From assembly GCA_946617625.1 (NCBI GenBank), contig CAMOKF010000002.1, positions 1,354 through 65,353 of the forward strand: a stretch of DNA of 64,000 nucleotides, written 5' to 3'. The stretch is from an uncultured Bacillota bacterium. Lineage in GTDB: Bacteria; Bacillota_I; Bacilli_A; RF39; UBA660. The notes below the pieces were generated by a model. The model was not told where the DNA came from. It ran no database searches and worked only from the letters and a program-made list of their open reading frames with translations. How positions within the stretch are numbered: the stretch's first letter is position 1; the number at the start of each line of letters is the position of its first letter. This document shows positions 46,995-55,938 of this stretch, in pieces. Both the position numbers and the translations under genes were made by a program.

Positions 46995-47975
46995 ATGTCA
47001 TTCATCGAGGTTAAGCAGATATCGAAAACTTTCAAAGTTGCTAAGAAAAAGAGTGGACTTAAAGAGTCTATAAAATCTTTCTTTAAGAGAGAGTATATAG
47101 ATGTGAAAGCAGTAGAAGATATTTCTTTTTCAATCGAAAAAGGAGAAATTGTTGGATATATTGGCCCTAATGGAGCAGGTAAATCTACTACTATTAAAAT
47201 ACTTAGTGGTATATTAGTACCTGATTCTGGACAGTGTAAGATCAATAATATGACTCCATGGAAAGATCGAGTGAAATACGTTAAAAAAATTGGTGTTGTC
47301 TTTGGACAAAGAAGTCAATTGTGGTGGGATATTCCAGCTGAGGATACATTCGACTTATTAAAAGATATTTATGAAATACCTGAAAAAGAATATCTTGAAA
47401 CTAAGGAAGATTTAATAAAAAAATTAAATCTTCAAGATATCATAAACATTCCCGTAAGGCAATTAAGTCTTGGACAGAGAATGCGCTGTGAGATTGCGGC
47501 TAGTTTACTACATAATCCTGAATTATTATTTTTAGATGAACCAACAATAGGATTAGATGCAGTATCTAAGCAGGTAGTAAGAGATTTTATTAAAAAACTT
47601 AATAAAGAAAAGAAAACAACCGTGATTTTGACTAGTCATGATATGGCTGATATTACATCACTTGCTAAAAGAATTATTCTAATTGGTAAAGGTCATGTAT
47701 TATATGATGGAAGTTTAAAAAAACTTCAAAATAAATACGAAACAGAAAAATATGTTTCTATTAAAACTAATGATAAATTAGCAATTAGGAATAAAGGAGT
47801 AAAAAGTAAAACAAAGACAAAAGAAGGATACGATTTAGTAATTGATACTAGGGAAATTAGTATTTCTGAATTATTAAATAATATTTCTAAGAAGATTACA
47901 ATTGAAGATATTGAAATCGATCATGAAGGAATAGATAATATAATTGTAAAATTATATGAGGACTATAAGATTTGA
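46995..47975 (+). CDS. ABC transporter ATP-binding protein (ABC-2 type)
   Basis: Walker A GPNGAGKST, signature LSLGQRMR, Walker B LFLDEPTIGLD. Confidence 0.9.
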   Translation: MSFIEVKQISKTFKVAKKKSGLKESIKSFFKREYIDVKAVEDISFSIEKGEIVGYIGPNGAGKSTTIKILSGILVPDSGQCKINNMTPWKDRVKYVKKIGVVFGQRSQLWWDIPAEDTFDLLKDIYEIPEKEYLETKEDLIKKLNLQDIINIPVRQLSLGQRMRCEIAASLLHNPELLFLDEPTIGLDAVSKQVVRDFIKKLNKEKKTTVILTSHDMADITSLAKRIILIGKGHVLYDGSLKKLQNKYETEKYVSIKTNDKLAIRNKGVKSKTKTKEGYDLVIDTREISISELLNNISKKITIEDIEIDHEGIDNIIVKLYEDYKI

Positions 47976-48775
47976 GAGCATATTTAACTTATTTTAAACT
48001 AAAGTTTATAAGTAGTCTTCAATATCGTACTGCTGCTTGGGCTGGTATTGCGACTCAATTCTTTTTTGGATTTGTTTATATCATGGTTTATGTAGCATTT
48101 TATGAGTCTGGCGGTAAAAATTTACCTATGGAGCTTCCTCAATTAGTGACATATCTTTGGTTAAATCAGTCACTATTAGCTTTAGTTAATCAATTTAGTA
48201 GAGATCAGGAATTATTTAAATTAATTAAAGAAGGTGGAATCTCCTATGAACTAACTAGACCAAAGAATCTATATTTTATGTGGTATTTTAAAATAATTGG
48301 ACAAAGGCTTGCAAATGTAACGCTTCGCTTTATTCCTTTAGTTCTTGTTACATCACTTTTACCTGATCCATTTCATTTTGGACTTCCAGCTTCTTTTGTA
48401 CATTTTATTTTCTTTATTTTATCTCTTTCTTTAGGAACACTTCTAGTTACTGCATTATCTGTATTTTATCCTATAGTAACCCTTACTACTATGAGTGAAA
48501 AAGGAATTGTAAATATTATTATTACTATAGCTGATATATTATCTGGTATAGTTGTACCAATTCCATTTTTTCCAAAGTTTTTACAAATAATCTCTTCATT
48601 TTTACCTTTTCAATATATTAGTGATTTACCATTTAGGCTTTATGTTGGAAATGTAAATTTAGCAGATGGAGTTTTCGGTATGTGTATCCAATTAATTTGG
48701 ATAATTATATTTATTTTGATAGGAAATATTATGATGAATAAAAATATTAAAAGAGTAGTTGTTCAAGGAGGATAA
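47972..48775 (+). CDS. ABC-2 family transporter permease
   Basis: 6-TM profile. 4-nt overlap with the ATPase gene. Confidence 0.7.
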   Translation: MRAYLTYFKLKFISSLQYRTAAWAGIATQFFFGFVYIMVYVAFYESGGKNLPMELPQLVTYLWLNQSLLALVNQFSRDQELFKLIKEGGISYELTRPKNLYFMWYFKIIGQRLANVTLRFIPLVLVTSLLPDPFHFGLPASFVHFIFFILSLSLGTLLVTALSVFYPIVTLTTMSEKGIVNIIITIADILSGIVVPIPFFPKFLQIISSFLPFQYISDLPFRLYVGNVNLADGVFGMCIQLIWIIIFILIGNIMMNKNIKRVVVQGG

Positions 48776-49552
48776 ATGAAAATTTATTTTGAATCACTTG
48801 CTATGCATCTAAAAGGAGAATTAGAGTATCGAGTGAATTTCATTTTATCTTTTCTATCCCAAATTTTAGTATTTTTTACTTATTATTTTATAATAATTGC
48901 ATTATTTACAAAGTTTGATCATATTAAAGGATTTACTATGTATGAAGTATTATTATGCTTTAGTATCATACAATTTGGTTTTTCTTTTAATGAAGTTTTT
49001 GCAAGAGGAGTTGATCATTTTGATCAATTAATTATTAGAGGAGATTTTGATAGACTTTTATTAAGACCTCGTAACATTATTTTACAAGTATTATGTAGTG
49101 ATAGTGATTTTGTTAAAACTTCAAGACTTATTCAAGCAATAATTGTTTTAATTGTTGCAATAGTAAACTTAAATATAAAGTGGTCTATTTTAAAATTAGT
49201 TACATTACTTTTAATGCTTGGATCAGCATGTGTAATCTTTTTCGGTATATTTCTAGCTGCTGCAGCATACTGTTTTTTTACCGTACAGGGGTTAGAAGTA
49301 CGTAATGTTTTTACTGATGGTGGAAAACATATGGCACAGTATCCGATAGGAGTATTTAAGAAAGGATTTGTTTGGTTTTTTACTTTTATAATTCCATATG
49401 CTTTTGTAAATTATTATCCTTTATTATATTTTTTAGGTAAGAAGGAATCAGTATTATATGCTTTTTCTCCTTTATTAGTAGTGTTTTATTTGATTCCATG
49501 TATATTAGTTTTTTACTTTGGAATGAAAAGATATACAAGTGTAGGTTCTTAG
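48776..49552 (+). CDS. ABC-2 family transporter permease
   Basis: 6-TM profile. Starts immediately after the previous stop. Terminator at 49539-49570. Confidence 0.7.
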   Translation: MKIYFESLAMHLKGELEYRVNFILSFLSQILVFFTYYFIIIALFTKFDHIKGFTMYEVLLCFSIIQFGFSFNEVFARGVDHFDQLIIRGDFDRLLLRPRNIILQVLCSDSDFVKTSRLIQAIIVLIVAIVNLNIKWSILKLVTLLLMLGSACVIFFGIFLAAAAYCFFTVQGLEVRNVFTDGGKHMAQYPIGVFKKGFVWFFTFIIPYAFVNYYPLLYFLGKKESVLYAFSPLLVVFYLIPCILVFYFGMKRYTSVGS

Positions 49553-49570
49553 AATCTACACTTTTTTTTA
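49539..49570 (+). terminator. intrinsic terminator after the ABC-2 operon
   Basis: GTGTAG..CTACAC extended stem plus T8. Confidence 0.75.
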
Positions 49571-49628
49571 TTTTTATATAAAAATAAATATTTCAATGGT
49601 ATAATAATAATTGTAAAGGAAGGGTAGT

Positions 49629-51242
49629 ATGAATAAAATTAAAAATAATGTTTCTAATTTCAATAAAATACTTATAATTTTAATATTTTTAATTGTTGTA
49701 TTTAAGATATTTAGTTTTCTAGATAATGGAACGTATAGTAATTTGTTTAATGATTCTAAGAATACTCTAAATATTTTATCGTCTTATGAGAATTCTTCTA
49801 TGGAAAATGAGATTACTAATTATGCTTATAAGATGGGAAAAACAGTTAATTTTATTTATAAGGGTGATTTAGAGATAGTTGATGAACTAAATAATAATTC
49901 GTCTAAGTATGATGCTGTATGGATTTCTAATTCTATGTGGTTATATTTATTAGATAATACTTATTTAACTAGTGATTCTAAATCTATTTCTATAAGTCCT
50001 GTGGTATTTGGAATTAAAAAGAATAAGGCTAAAGAATTAAATCTTATAGATACTGATGTTACTAATAATACTATTTTAGATTTAATTAAGAATAAGAAAA
50101 TAAAATATGTAATGTCTTCTGTTACTCAAACTAATACAGGGGCTACTGCATATTTAGGATTTTTATCATCATTAGCTGGTAATCCAGAAGTTTTAACTGA
50201 AGAAATGATTAATGATGAAAAGTTAGAAGAAGATTTAATTAGTTTATTTTCTGGTGTTGAAAGAGTTAGTGGAGATGAAGACTATTTAAAAGATATGTTT
50301 TTGAATAGTAATGATTATGAGGCAGTTATAGCTTCTGAATCTTCATTGATTGAGATTAATAAGAAATTAGTAGCTGATAAAAAAGAACCTTTATATTTAA
50401 TATATCCATCTGATGGTGTCGCTATTAATGACTCTACATTTGCATTTATAAATAATGATAGTACAAAAGAAGAAATGTTTTTAGATATTCAATCTTATTT
50501 ATTAAGTGATGAAGGTAAAAAAGAATTAACTAATAGTGGTTTACGTACATGGTATGGTGGAGTTAATGATAAAAGTGATAAAAATATATTTAATAGTGAT
50601 TGGGGAATTGATACTACTAAGTATTTAAATGTTACTAAATTTCCATCTAAAAAAGTAATTTCAGCTGCATTAAATCTATATGTTGAAAAACTTAGAAAAC
50701 CAACTCATGTTGTATTTTGTTTAGATTATTCTGGTAGTATGTCTGGTGAAGGAGAAGAAGAATTAAATGCTGCAATGAACTATATTTTAGATTATGAGAA
50801 AGCTAGCGCTGATAGATTACAATTCTCTAAGAATGATAAAATAACAGTTATAACATTTAGTTCTAGTGTTAGAGATGTATGGTCAACTGATAGTGGCTAT
50901 GAAACACAAGAATTAATAAATAATATTAATAATATGTATTCATCTGGTTCTACTGCTTTATATGATGCAGTTATGAAAGGATTGATCATTCTTGATAAGG
51001 AAAGTGATGATTATACTAAAACTATTATTGCTATGACTGATGGAATGATTAATGAAGGTTCATATAGTAGTTTGGAGAGAAAATATAGATCATTAAAAAG
51101 TAATGTTCCAATATACAGTATCACATTTGGAAGCGCTTCTGAATATCAATTAGAAGAGATAGCAGAATTATCTAATGCAAAGGTATTTGATGGTAAAACT
51201 GATTTATTAAAAGCATTTAAGAAAGTAAGAGGTTATAACTAA
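49629..51242 (+). CDS. membrane-anchored PBP-like domain + von Willebrand factor A domain protein
   Basis: TM anchor. C-terminal vWA MIDAS motifs: VVFCLDYSGSMSG (DxSxS), STALYDA (Thr), IIAMTDGM (Asp). Confidence 0.8.
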   Translation: MNKIKNNVSNFNKILIILIFLIVVFKIFSFLDNGTYSNLFNDSKNTLNILSSYENSSMENEITNYAYKMGKTVNFIYKGDLEIVDELNNNSSKYDAVWISNSMWLYLLDNTYLTSDSKSISISPVVFGIKKNKAKELNLIDTDVTNNTILDLIKNKKIKYVMSSVTQTNTGATAYLGFLSSLAGNPEVLTEEMINDEKLEEDLISLFSGVERVSGDEDYLKDMFLNSNDYEAVIASESSLIEINKKLVADKKEPLYLIYPSDGVAINDSTFAFINNDSTKEEMFLDIQSYLLSDEGKKELTNSGLRTWYGGVNDKSDKNIFNSDWGIDTTKYLNVTKFPSKKVISAALNLYVEKLRKPTHVVFCLDYSGSMSGEGEEELNAAMNYILDYEKASADRLQFSKNDKITVITFSSSVRDVWSTDSGYETQELINNINNMYSSGSTALYDAVMKGLIILDKESDDYTKTIIAMTDGMINEGSYSSLERKYRSLKSNVPIYSITFGSASEYQLEEIAELSNAKVFDGKTDLLKAFKKVRGYN

Positions 51243-51865
51243 TGAAGAATAGTGAAGTTATTTCTGCTGTTGTAGGTGGTGCTTTCTTTGCAGTTCCTTA
51301 TTTGGCATTATCAGTCCCTATACTTCCTTCTTTAGCTATAGGTGCTACTGCTTTTGTAGCTGGGGAATTGGTATTTAAAAAAGATACTATTATAAGTTTA
51401 AAAGAAACTAATATTGATTTATATAAGACTCTAGAGAGAGCTAAATCTCAAAATAAACACATATTAGATATGATACCTATGATAGAAGATAAAGATATTC
51501 AAATGAATCTTAATGAGATAAATGAATCAGTAAATAAGATTATAAAAACAATAGAAAAAAATCCTGAAAAAGAGAAAAAATTAAAGAACTTTTTTGATTA
51601 TTATTTACCTGTTACTGTTAAACTAGTTGATAGATTTGATGAAATAGAAAATCAAAAATTATCTTCTAGTGATACAAAAAAGTTTTATACTACAACTAGT
51701 AAGACAATTAGTGAAATAAATGATGTTTTTAAGAAATTCTTAAATAATTTATATGAAGCAGATATGCTAGATGCTAATGTAGAAATGAAAGTTTTAAATT
51801 CTATGTTAAAATCTGATGGACTAGATAAAAATTCTTTGAAAGTAGAGGAGGATAAGTATGAATAA
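51242..51865 (+). CDS. XpaC-like (5-bromo-4-chloroindolyl phosphate hydrolysis) protein
   Basis: Two N-terminal TM helices and a helical C-terminal region. TAATG overlap upstream. Position next to telA matches the known xpaC-telA/yaaN pairing. Confidence 0.55.
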   Translation: MKNSEVISAVVGGAFFAVPYLALSVPILPSLAIGATAFVAGELVFKKDTIISLKETNIDLYKTLERAKSQNKHILDMIPMIEDKDIQMNLNEINESVNKIIKTIEKNPEKEKKLKNFFDYYLPVTVKLVDRFDEIENQKLSSSDTKKFYTTTSKTISEINDVFKKFLNNLYEADMLDANVEMKVLNSMLKSDGLDKNSLKVEEDKYE

Positions 51866-53054
51866 GAAAAAGATTATTGGTGTAATTATCTTTGTAGTTC
51901 TTATTTTATTAATCGTAGGACTTAAGTTTTTATTCAATGGAGAAACTGGAACTATAAGTGGTAATTATACTACTGTTTATGTTGCAACCGGTGGAGGAAA
52001 AGAAGATTTTATAGCAGATGAAGATGTTAATAAGATTTTAAAGAAAAAATATAAGATCGAAGCTGTATATGATTCTTGGAGTAATGGTAAGACAATTACT
52101 TTACCACTTATTAGAGAGTCAGTTGGATTAGGTAGTCAAAGTATTATTGATAGATTATCTAATAAAGAATCTATTTCTATTAATACAGAAGGTGTATCTA
52201 AATATGATGCATTATTTACTTCAGATCAAAGATTCTATGATTATTATAAATTATCTCCAAATAAAGATGCTGGAGAATCTGATCGTTATACAGTACTAGA
52301 TGGTGGATTAACTCTTAATACTCCTATAGTTATATATTCTTGGAAAGATGTAGCTGATAAATTGATCGAACAAGAGATAGTTACTAAAGAAGAAGATGGA
52401 GTTTATTATATAACTAACATGAATAAGTTAATGAATTATATCTTAGAAGGTAAAACATGGGCAGATATTGGATTAAATGATTTATATGGAAATATTAATA
52501 TAGCATCTACTGATCCAGTTTCATCATCACCTGGAGCAACATATTATGGATTATTATTATCAATACTTGGAAATGGTCAAATTACTGATGAAGGATTGGA
52601 AGATAATTTATCTAAATTAAAACAATTCTATCAAAAGTCTGGATATATGAATAATACTCCTGCAGATTTGTTTGAAAGATATTTAAAAACTGGAATGGGT
52701 GGAGAACCTATGATAGTTGATTATGAAAAGAGTTTAATTGATTTTGCTAATTCTAATCCTAATGGATTTAATCAAGTAAAAGATGATATAGTAGTTTTAT
52801 ATCCAAAGCCAACTATTTGGAATAGTCACTGTTATGCAGCGTTTAGTGATAATGGAAAGAAATTATACAATGCATTACAAGACGAAGAAATTCAACAAAT
52901 TGCATGGGAAAAATATGGATTTAGAACAGGTATTACAGGAGGAAATTATGATGTTTCTTCTGTTGATATAGCAATTCCAAAAACTATTAAATCTACTGTT
53001 ACTAGTTTAAAAATGGATTACTATAATAAATTAATAGATTATTTAAAAAATTAG
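51858..53054 (+). CDS. membrane-anchored periplasmic-binding-protein-like protein
   Basis: TM anchor. Shares a motif with the N-terminal domain of the vWA protein: SSSPGATYYGLLLSILGNG vs TNTGATAYLGFLSSLAGN. 8-nt overlap upstream. Confidence 0.5.
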   Translation: MNKKKIIGVIIFVVLILLIVGLKFLFNGETGTISGNYTTVYVATGGGKEDFIADEDVNKILKKKYKIEAVYDSWSNGKTITLPLIRESVGLGSQSIIDRLSNKESISINTEGVSKYDALFTSDQRFYDYYKLSPNKDAGESDRYTVLDGGLTLNTPIVIYSWKDVADKLIEQEIVTKEEDGVYYITNMNKLMNYILEGKTWADIGLNDLYGNINIASTDPVSSSPGATYYGLLLSILGNGQITDEGLEDNLSKLKQFYQKSGYMNNTPADLFERYLKTGMGGEPMIVDYEKSLIDFANSNPNGFNQVKDDIVVLYPKPTIWNSHCYAAFSDNGKKLYNALQDEEIQQIAWEKYGFRTGITGGNYDVSSVDIAIPKTIKSTVTSLKMDYYNKLIDYLKN

Positions 53055-53064
53055 GAGGAAAATT

Positions 53065-54213
53065 ATGGCTGTTTTAGAAATGAAAGTAAAAGCTAAAGAA
53101 GATGAAAAGGTTACAGAGTTAGTAGAAAGTGATGTAAAAAAAATAACTGAGGAAAAAATAGAAAAATCATTAAATTATGATGAATTAACTGAAGAAGAGA
53201 AAAGAGCAGTTGATGAATTTAATGAAAAAATTGATGTATTTGATTCTACTCAAATACTTCAGTATGGTGCTCCTGCTCAAAGTAAAATTTCTGAATTTTC
53301 TGATTCTATTTTAGAGGGAGTTAAAACTAAAAATACTGGAGATGTAGGTGAATTACTTGCTGATTTAGTTGGACAAATTAAAAGTTTTGATGCTTCTATA
53401 GATGGTAATAATAAAGGATTATTCAAAATATTTAGTAATGTTAAGAAAGAAATTAATACTTTAATTGCTAAATATAGTAAGATTGAGACTAATATTAATA
53501 CTATTGAAAAAGGATTAGATAAAAACAAGATTCAATTATTAAAAGATATTTCTACATTTGATGAAATGTATGATAAAAATTTAGAATATTTTAAGGAAAT
53601 ATCTCTTTATATAATTGCTGGAGAAAGAAAACTAGATGAATTAAGAAATGTAGTTTTACCTGAATTAAAAAAGAAAGCAGAAGAAACTGGAGAACAATTA
53701 GATGTTCAAAAAGTTCAAGATATGGAAGCTCAAATTAATAGATTTGAAAAGAAAATATATGATTTAAAAACTACTCGTATTATTTCTATTCAAATGGCTC
53801 CACAAATTAGATTACTTCAAAATAATGATGCTGAATTAGTTGAAAAGATTCAAAGCTCAATTACTAATACAATTCCTTTATGGAAGAATCAAATGGTTTT
53901 GGCTTTAGGAATTAATAATGCTAAAAAATCTTTAAAGGAACAACAGGCCGTTTCTAATTTAACTAATGAAATGTTAAAGAAGAATAGTGAGACACTAAAA
54001 CAAGGTACAATTGATATAGCTAAAGAAAGTGAAAGAGCTATTGTTGATATTGAAACACTTAAGAAAACTAATAAAGATTTAATAGAAACTTTAGATACTG
54101 TAATTAAAATTCATGAAGATGGACGTGCTAAACGTGCTGAAGCTGAAGTAGAATTACAAAATATTGAAAAAGAATTAAAAGAAAAAATATTAGAAATTAA
54201 CGTAAAAAAATAA
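53065..54213 (+). CDS. telA: TelA-family toxic anion resistance protein
   Basis: 382 aa. ILQYGAPAQSKISEFSDSILEGVKTKNTGDVGELLADLVGQIK matches the conserved TelA N-terminal region. Long coiled-coil remainder. Confidence 0.8.
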   Translation: MAVLEMKVKAKEDEKVTELVESDVKKITEEKIEKSLNYDELTEEEKRAVDEFNEKIDVFDSTQILQYGAPAQSKISEFSDSILEGVKTKNTGDVGELLADLVGQIKSFDASIDGNNKGLFKIFSNVKKEINTLIAKYSKIETNINTIEKGLDKNKIQLLKDISTFDEMYDKNLEYFKEISLYIIAGERKLDELRNVVLPELKKKAEETGEQLDVQKVQDMEAQINRFEKKIYDLKTTRIISIQMAPQIRLLQNNDAELVEKIQSSITNTIPLWKNQMVLALGINNAKKSLKEQQAVSNLTNEMLKKNSETLKQGTIDIAKESERAIVDIETLKKTNKDLIETLDTVIKIHEDGRAKRAEAEVELQNIEKELKEKILEINVKK

Positions 54214-54237
54214 AAGCATTTTAAATGCTTTTATTTT
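54212..54237 (+). terminator. intrinsic terminator after telA
   Basis: AAAGCATTT/AAATGCTTT stem plus T-rich tail. Confidence 0.7.
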
Positions 54238-54248
54238 AGGAGGTTTTG

Positions 54249-55826
54249 ATGAATAATAGACAGATATTGGAAGATGTTTATAAAGACTTTTTTGCTGATA
54301 GATCATTAGTTGGTGAGAAAGATACTCCTTTAGTTGAAAATAAATCAGAAGTATTAGATGATGAAAAGTATTCTATTGATTCATTATTTATTGATGATGA
54401 GTCTAAAGATTTATTAAAAAAAATTATTAAATATATGGAAGATTATAGTAAAGGAATAGAAAGTAATTATCTTACTTTTAACTTTACTATTGAATCTAAT
54501 GATAAAACAATTATAGATTCAATTTGTAATCTAATTATGTATTATTCAAATAAATATAATTATATTTCTAATAAAAAGATGTTTAATTTATCTTTACTTA
54601 AGTTAGATAAGTGTGAAGACTTAGTTAACTATTATAAAGATAATGGAGTAATGGTTTATTCTAATATAGATGCTTTAGGAATGCAGGATGTAATGTTTCA
54701 TAAAAAATTCTTTTATAATTTATTTGAACTTTGTAAAGATAAAACAATTAGTATTATTACTGGTAAGAAAGATGTTTTAAATAGTTTTATGTTAGAAGAT
54801 ACTAATTTAAAAAATACTTTTTGTTTTTCAATAGTAGGTGTTTCTCCTTCTATTAATGATGTTTATAATGAAATTATTTCAAAAATTAATTTAAGTGAAG
54901 AATTAAATATTAAAGTTTTAGATTATATAACTGAGTCTTATCCAAAAAGTGAAGATAGTTATTCTGTTTATGTTGATAATCTTTATAAATATATATCTTT
55001 TAATAAAGATGTTCCTAAATTGGATGAAGTTAAATCTGTTGATTTAGTGTTTAAGGAATTAGATGAATTAGTTGGACTTGAAAAGGTAAAGAAATCATTA
55101 CATGATCTAGTTGATTTAATTACTTTAAAAAATAAAACTAAGGATGATTTAAAAATAAATAATGTAAATCTTCATATGGTATTTTTAGGTAATCCTGGTA
55201 CTGGAAAAACTACTGTTGCTAGAATGATAAGTAGTATATTATATGATTTAAAATATATTAAACAGAATAAATTGATAGAGGTTAGTTCTAAAGATTTAGT
55301 TGCAGAGTATGTTGGGCAAACTGCAGTTAAGACAATGAATGTTGTTGAAAAAGCAATGGGTGGTATTCTATTTGTAGATGAAGCTTATGCTTTAGCTGAT
55401 AAGAATGGTGAAAATACATATAATGGGGAAGCAATTGCAACTCTTATTAAAGCTATGGAAGACTATAGAGATGATTTAGTTGTTATTTTTGCTGGGTATA
55501 CAAAAGAAATGCAAGATTTTCTTGATTCTAACTCAGGCATTGTTTCTCGTATTGGTTATACATTAGAATTTGATGATTATACAAATAAAGAATTGATTGA
55601 TATTTTTAAAGGTATGGTTACTAAAGCTGGATTTATTCTAGATGATGATTGCATTCCAGTAGTTGAGGATTTAATTAATCAAAATCGTAATACTAAGAAT
55701 TTTGGTAATGCTAGATTCATTAGAAATATGTATGAAAAAACAGTTATTAAACATGCTACTAATACTAAGAATAATAAGAGTAAAAAGATACTTAAGACAA
55801 TTACGAAAAAAGATATTACATTGTAG
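54249..55826 (+). CDS. AAA+ ATPase, SpoVK/CbbX type, with unknown ~270-aa N-terminal domain
   Basis: LHMVFLGNPGTGKTTVARM (Walker A), GGILFVDEAYAL (Walker B), VIFAGY, SRIGYTLEFDDY. Confidence 0.85.
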   Translation: MNNRQILEDVYKDFFADRSLVGEKDTPLVENKSEVLDDEKYSIDSLFIDDESKDLLKKIIKYMEDYSKGIESNYLTFNFTIESNDKTIIDSICNLIMYYSNKYNYISNKKMFNLSLLKLDKCEDLVNYYKDNGVMVYSNIDALGMQDVMFHKKFFYNLFELCKDKTISIITGKKDVLNSFMLEDTNLKNTFCFSIVGVSPSINDVYNEIISKINLSEELNIKVLDYITESYPKSEDSYSVYVDNLYKYISFNKDVPKLDEVKSVDLVFKELDELVGLEKVKKSLHDLVDLITLKNKTKDDLKINNVNLHMVFLGNPGTGKTTVARMISSILYDLKYIKQNKLIEVSSKDLVAEYVGQTAVKTMNVVEKAMGGILFVDEAYALADKNGENTYNGEAIATLIKAMEDYRDDLVVIFAGYTKEMQDFLDSNSGIVSRIGYTLEFDDYTNKELIDIFKGMVTKAGFILDDDCIPVVEDLINQNRNTKNFGNARFIRNMYEKTVIKHATNTKNNKSKKILKTITKKDITL

Positions 55827-55847
55827 ATGCTTAGGCATCTTTTTTTG
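55825..55847 (+). terminator. intrinsic terminator
   Basis: AGATGC/GCATCT stem plus T7. Confidence 0.75.
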
Positions 55848-55938
55848 TAGTATAATCAATTTAGATAATGTGCAACTTTAAGATGATAGACTTTTTTCTT
55901 TTTATATCATATGATGTTGTATGTAGAGGAGAAATAAT

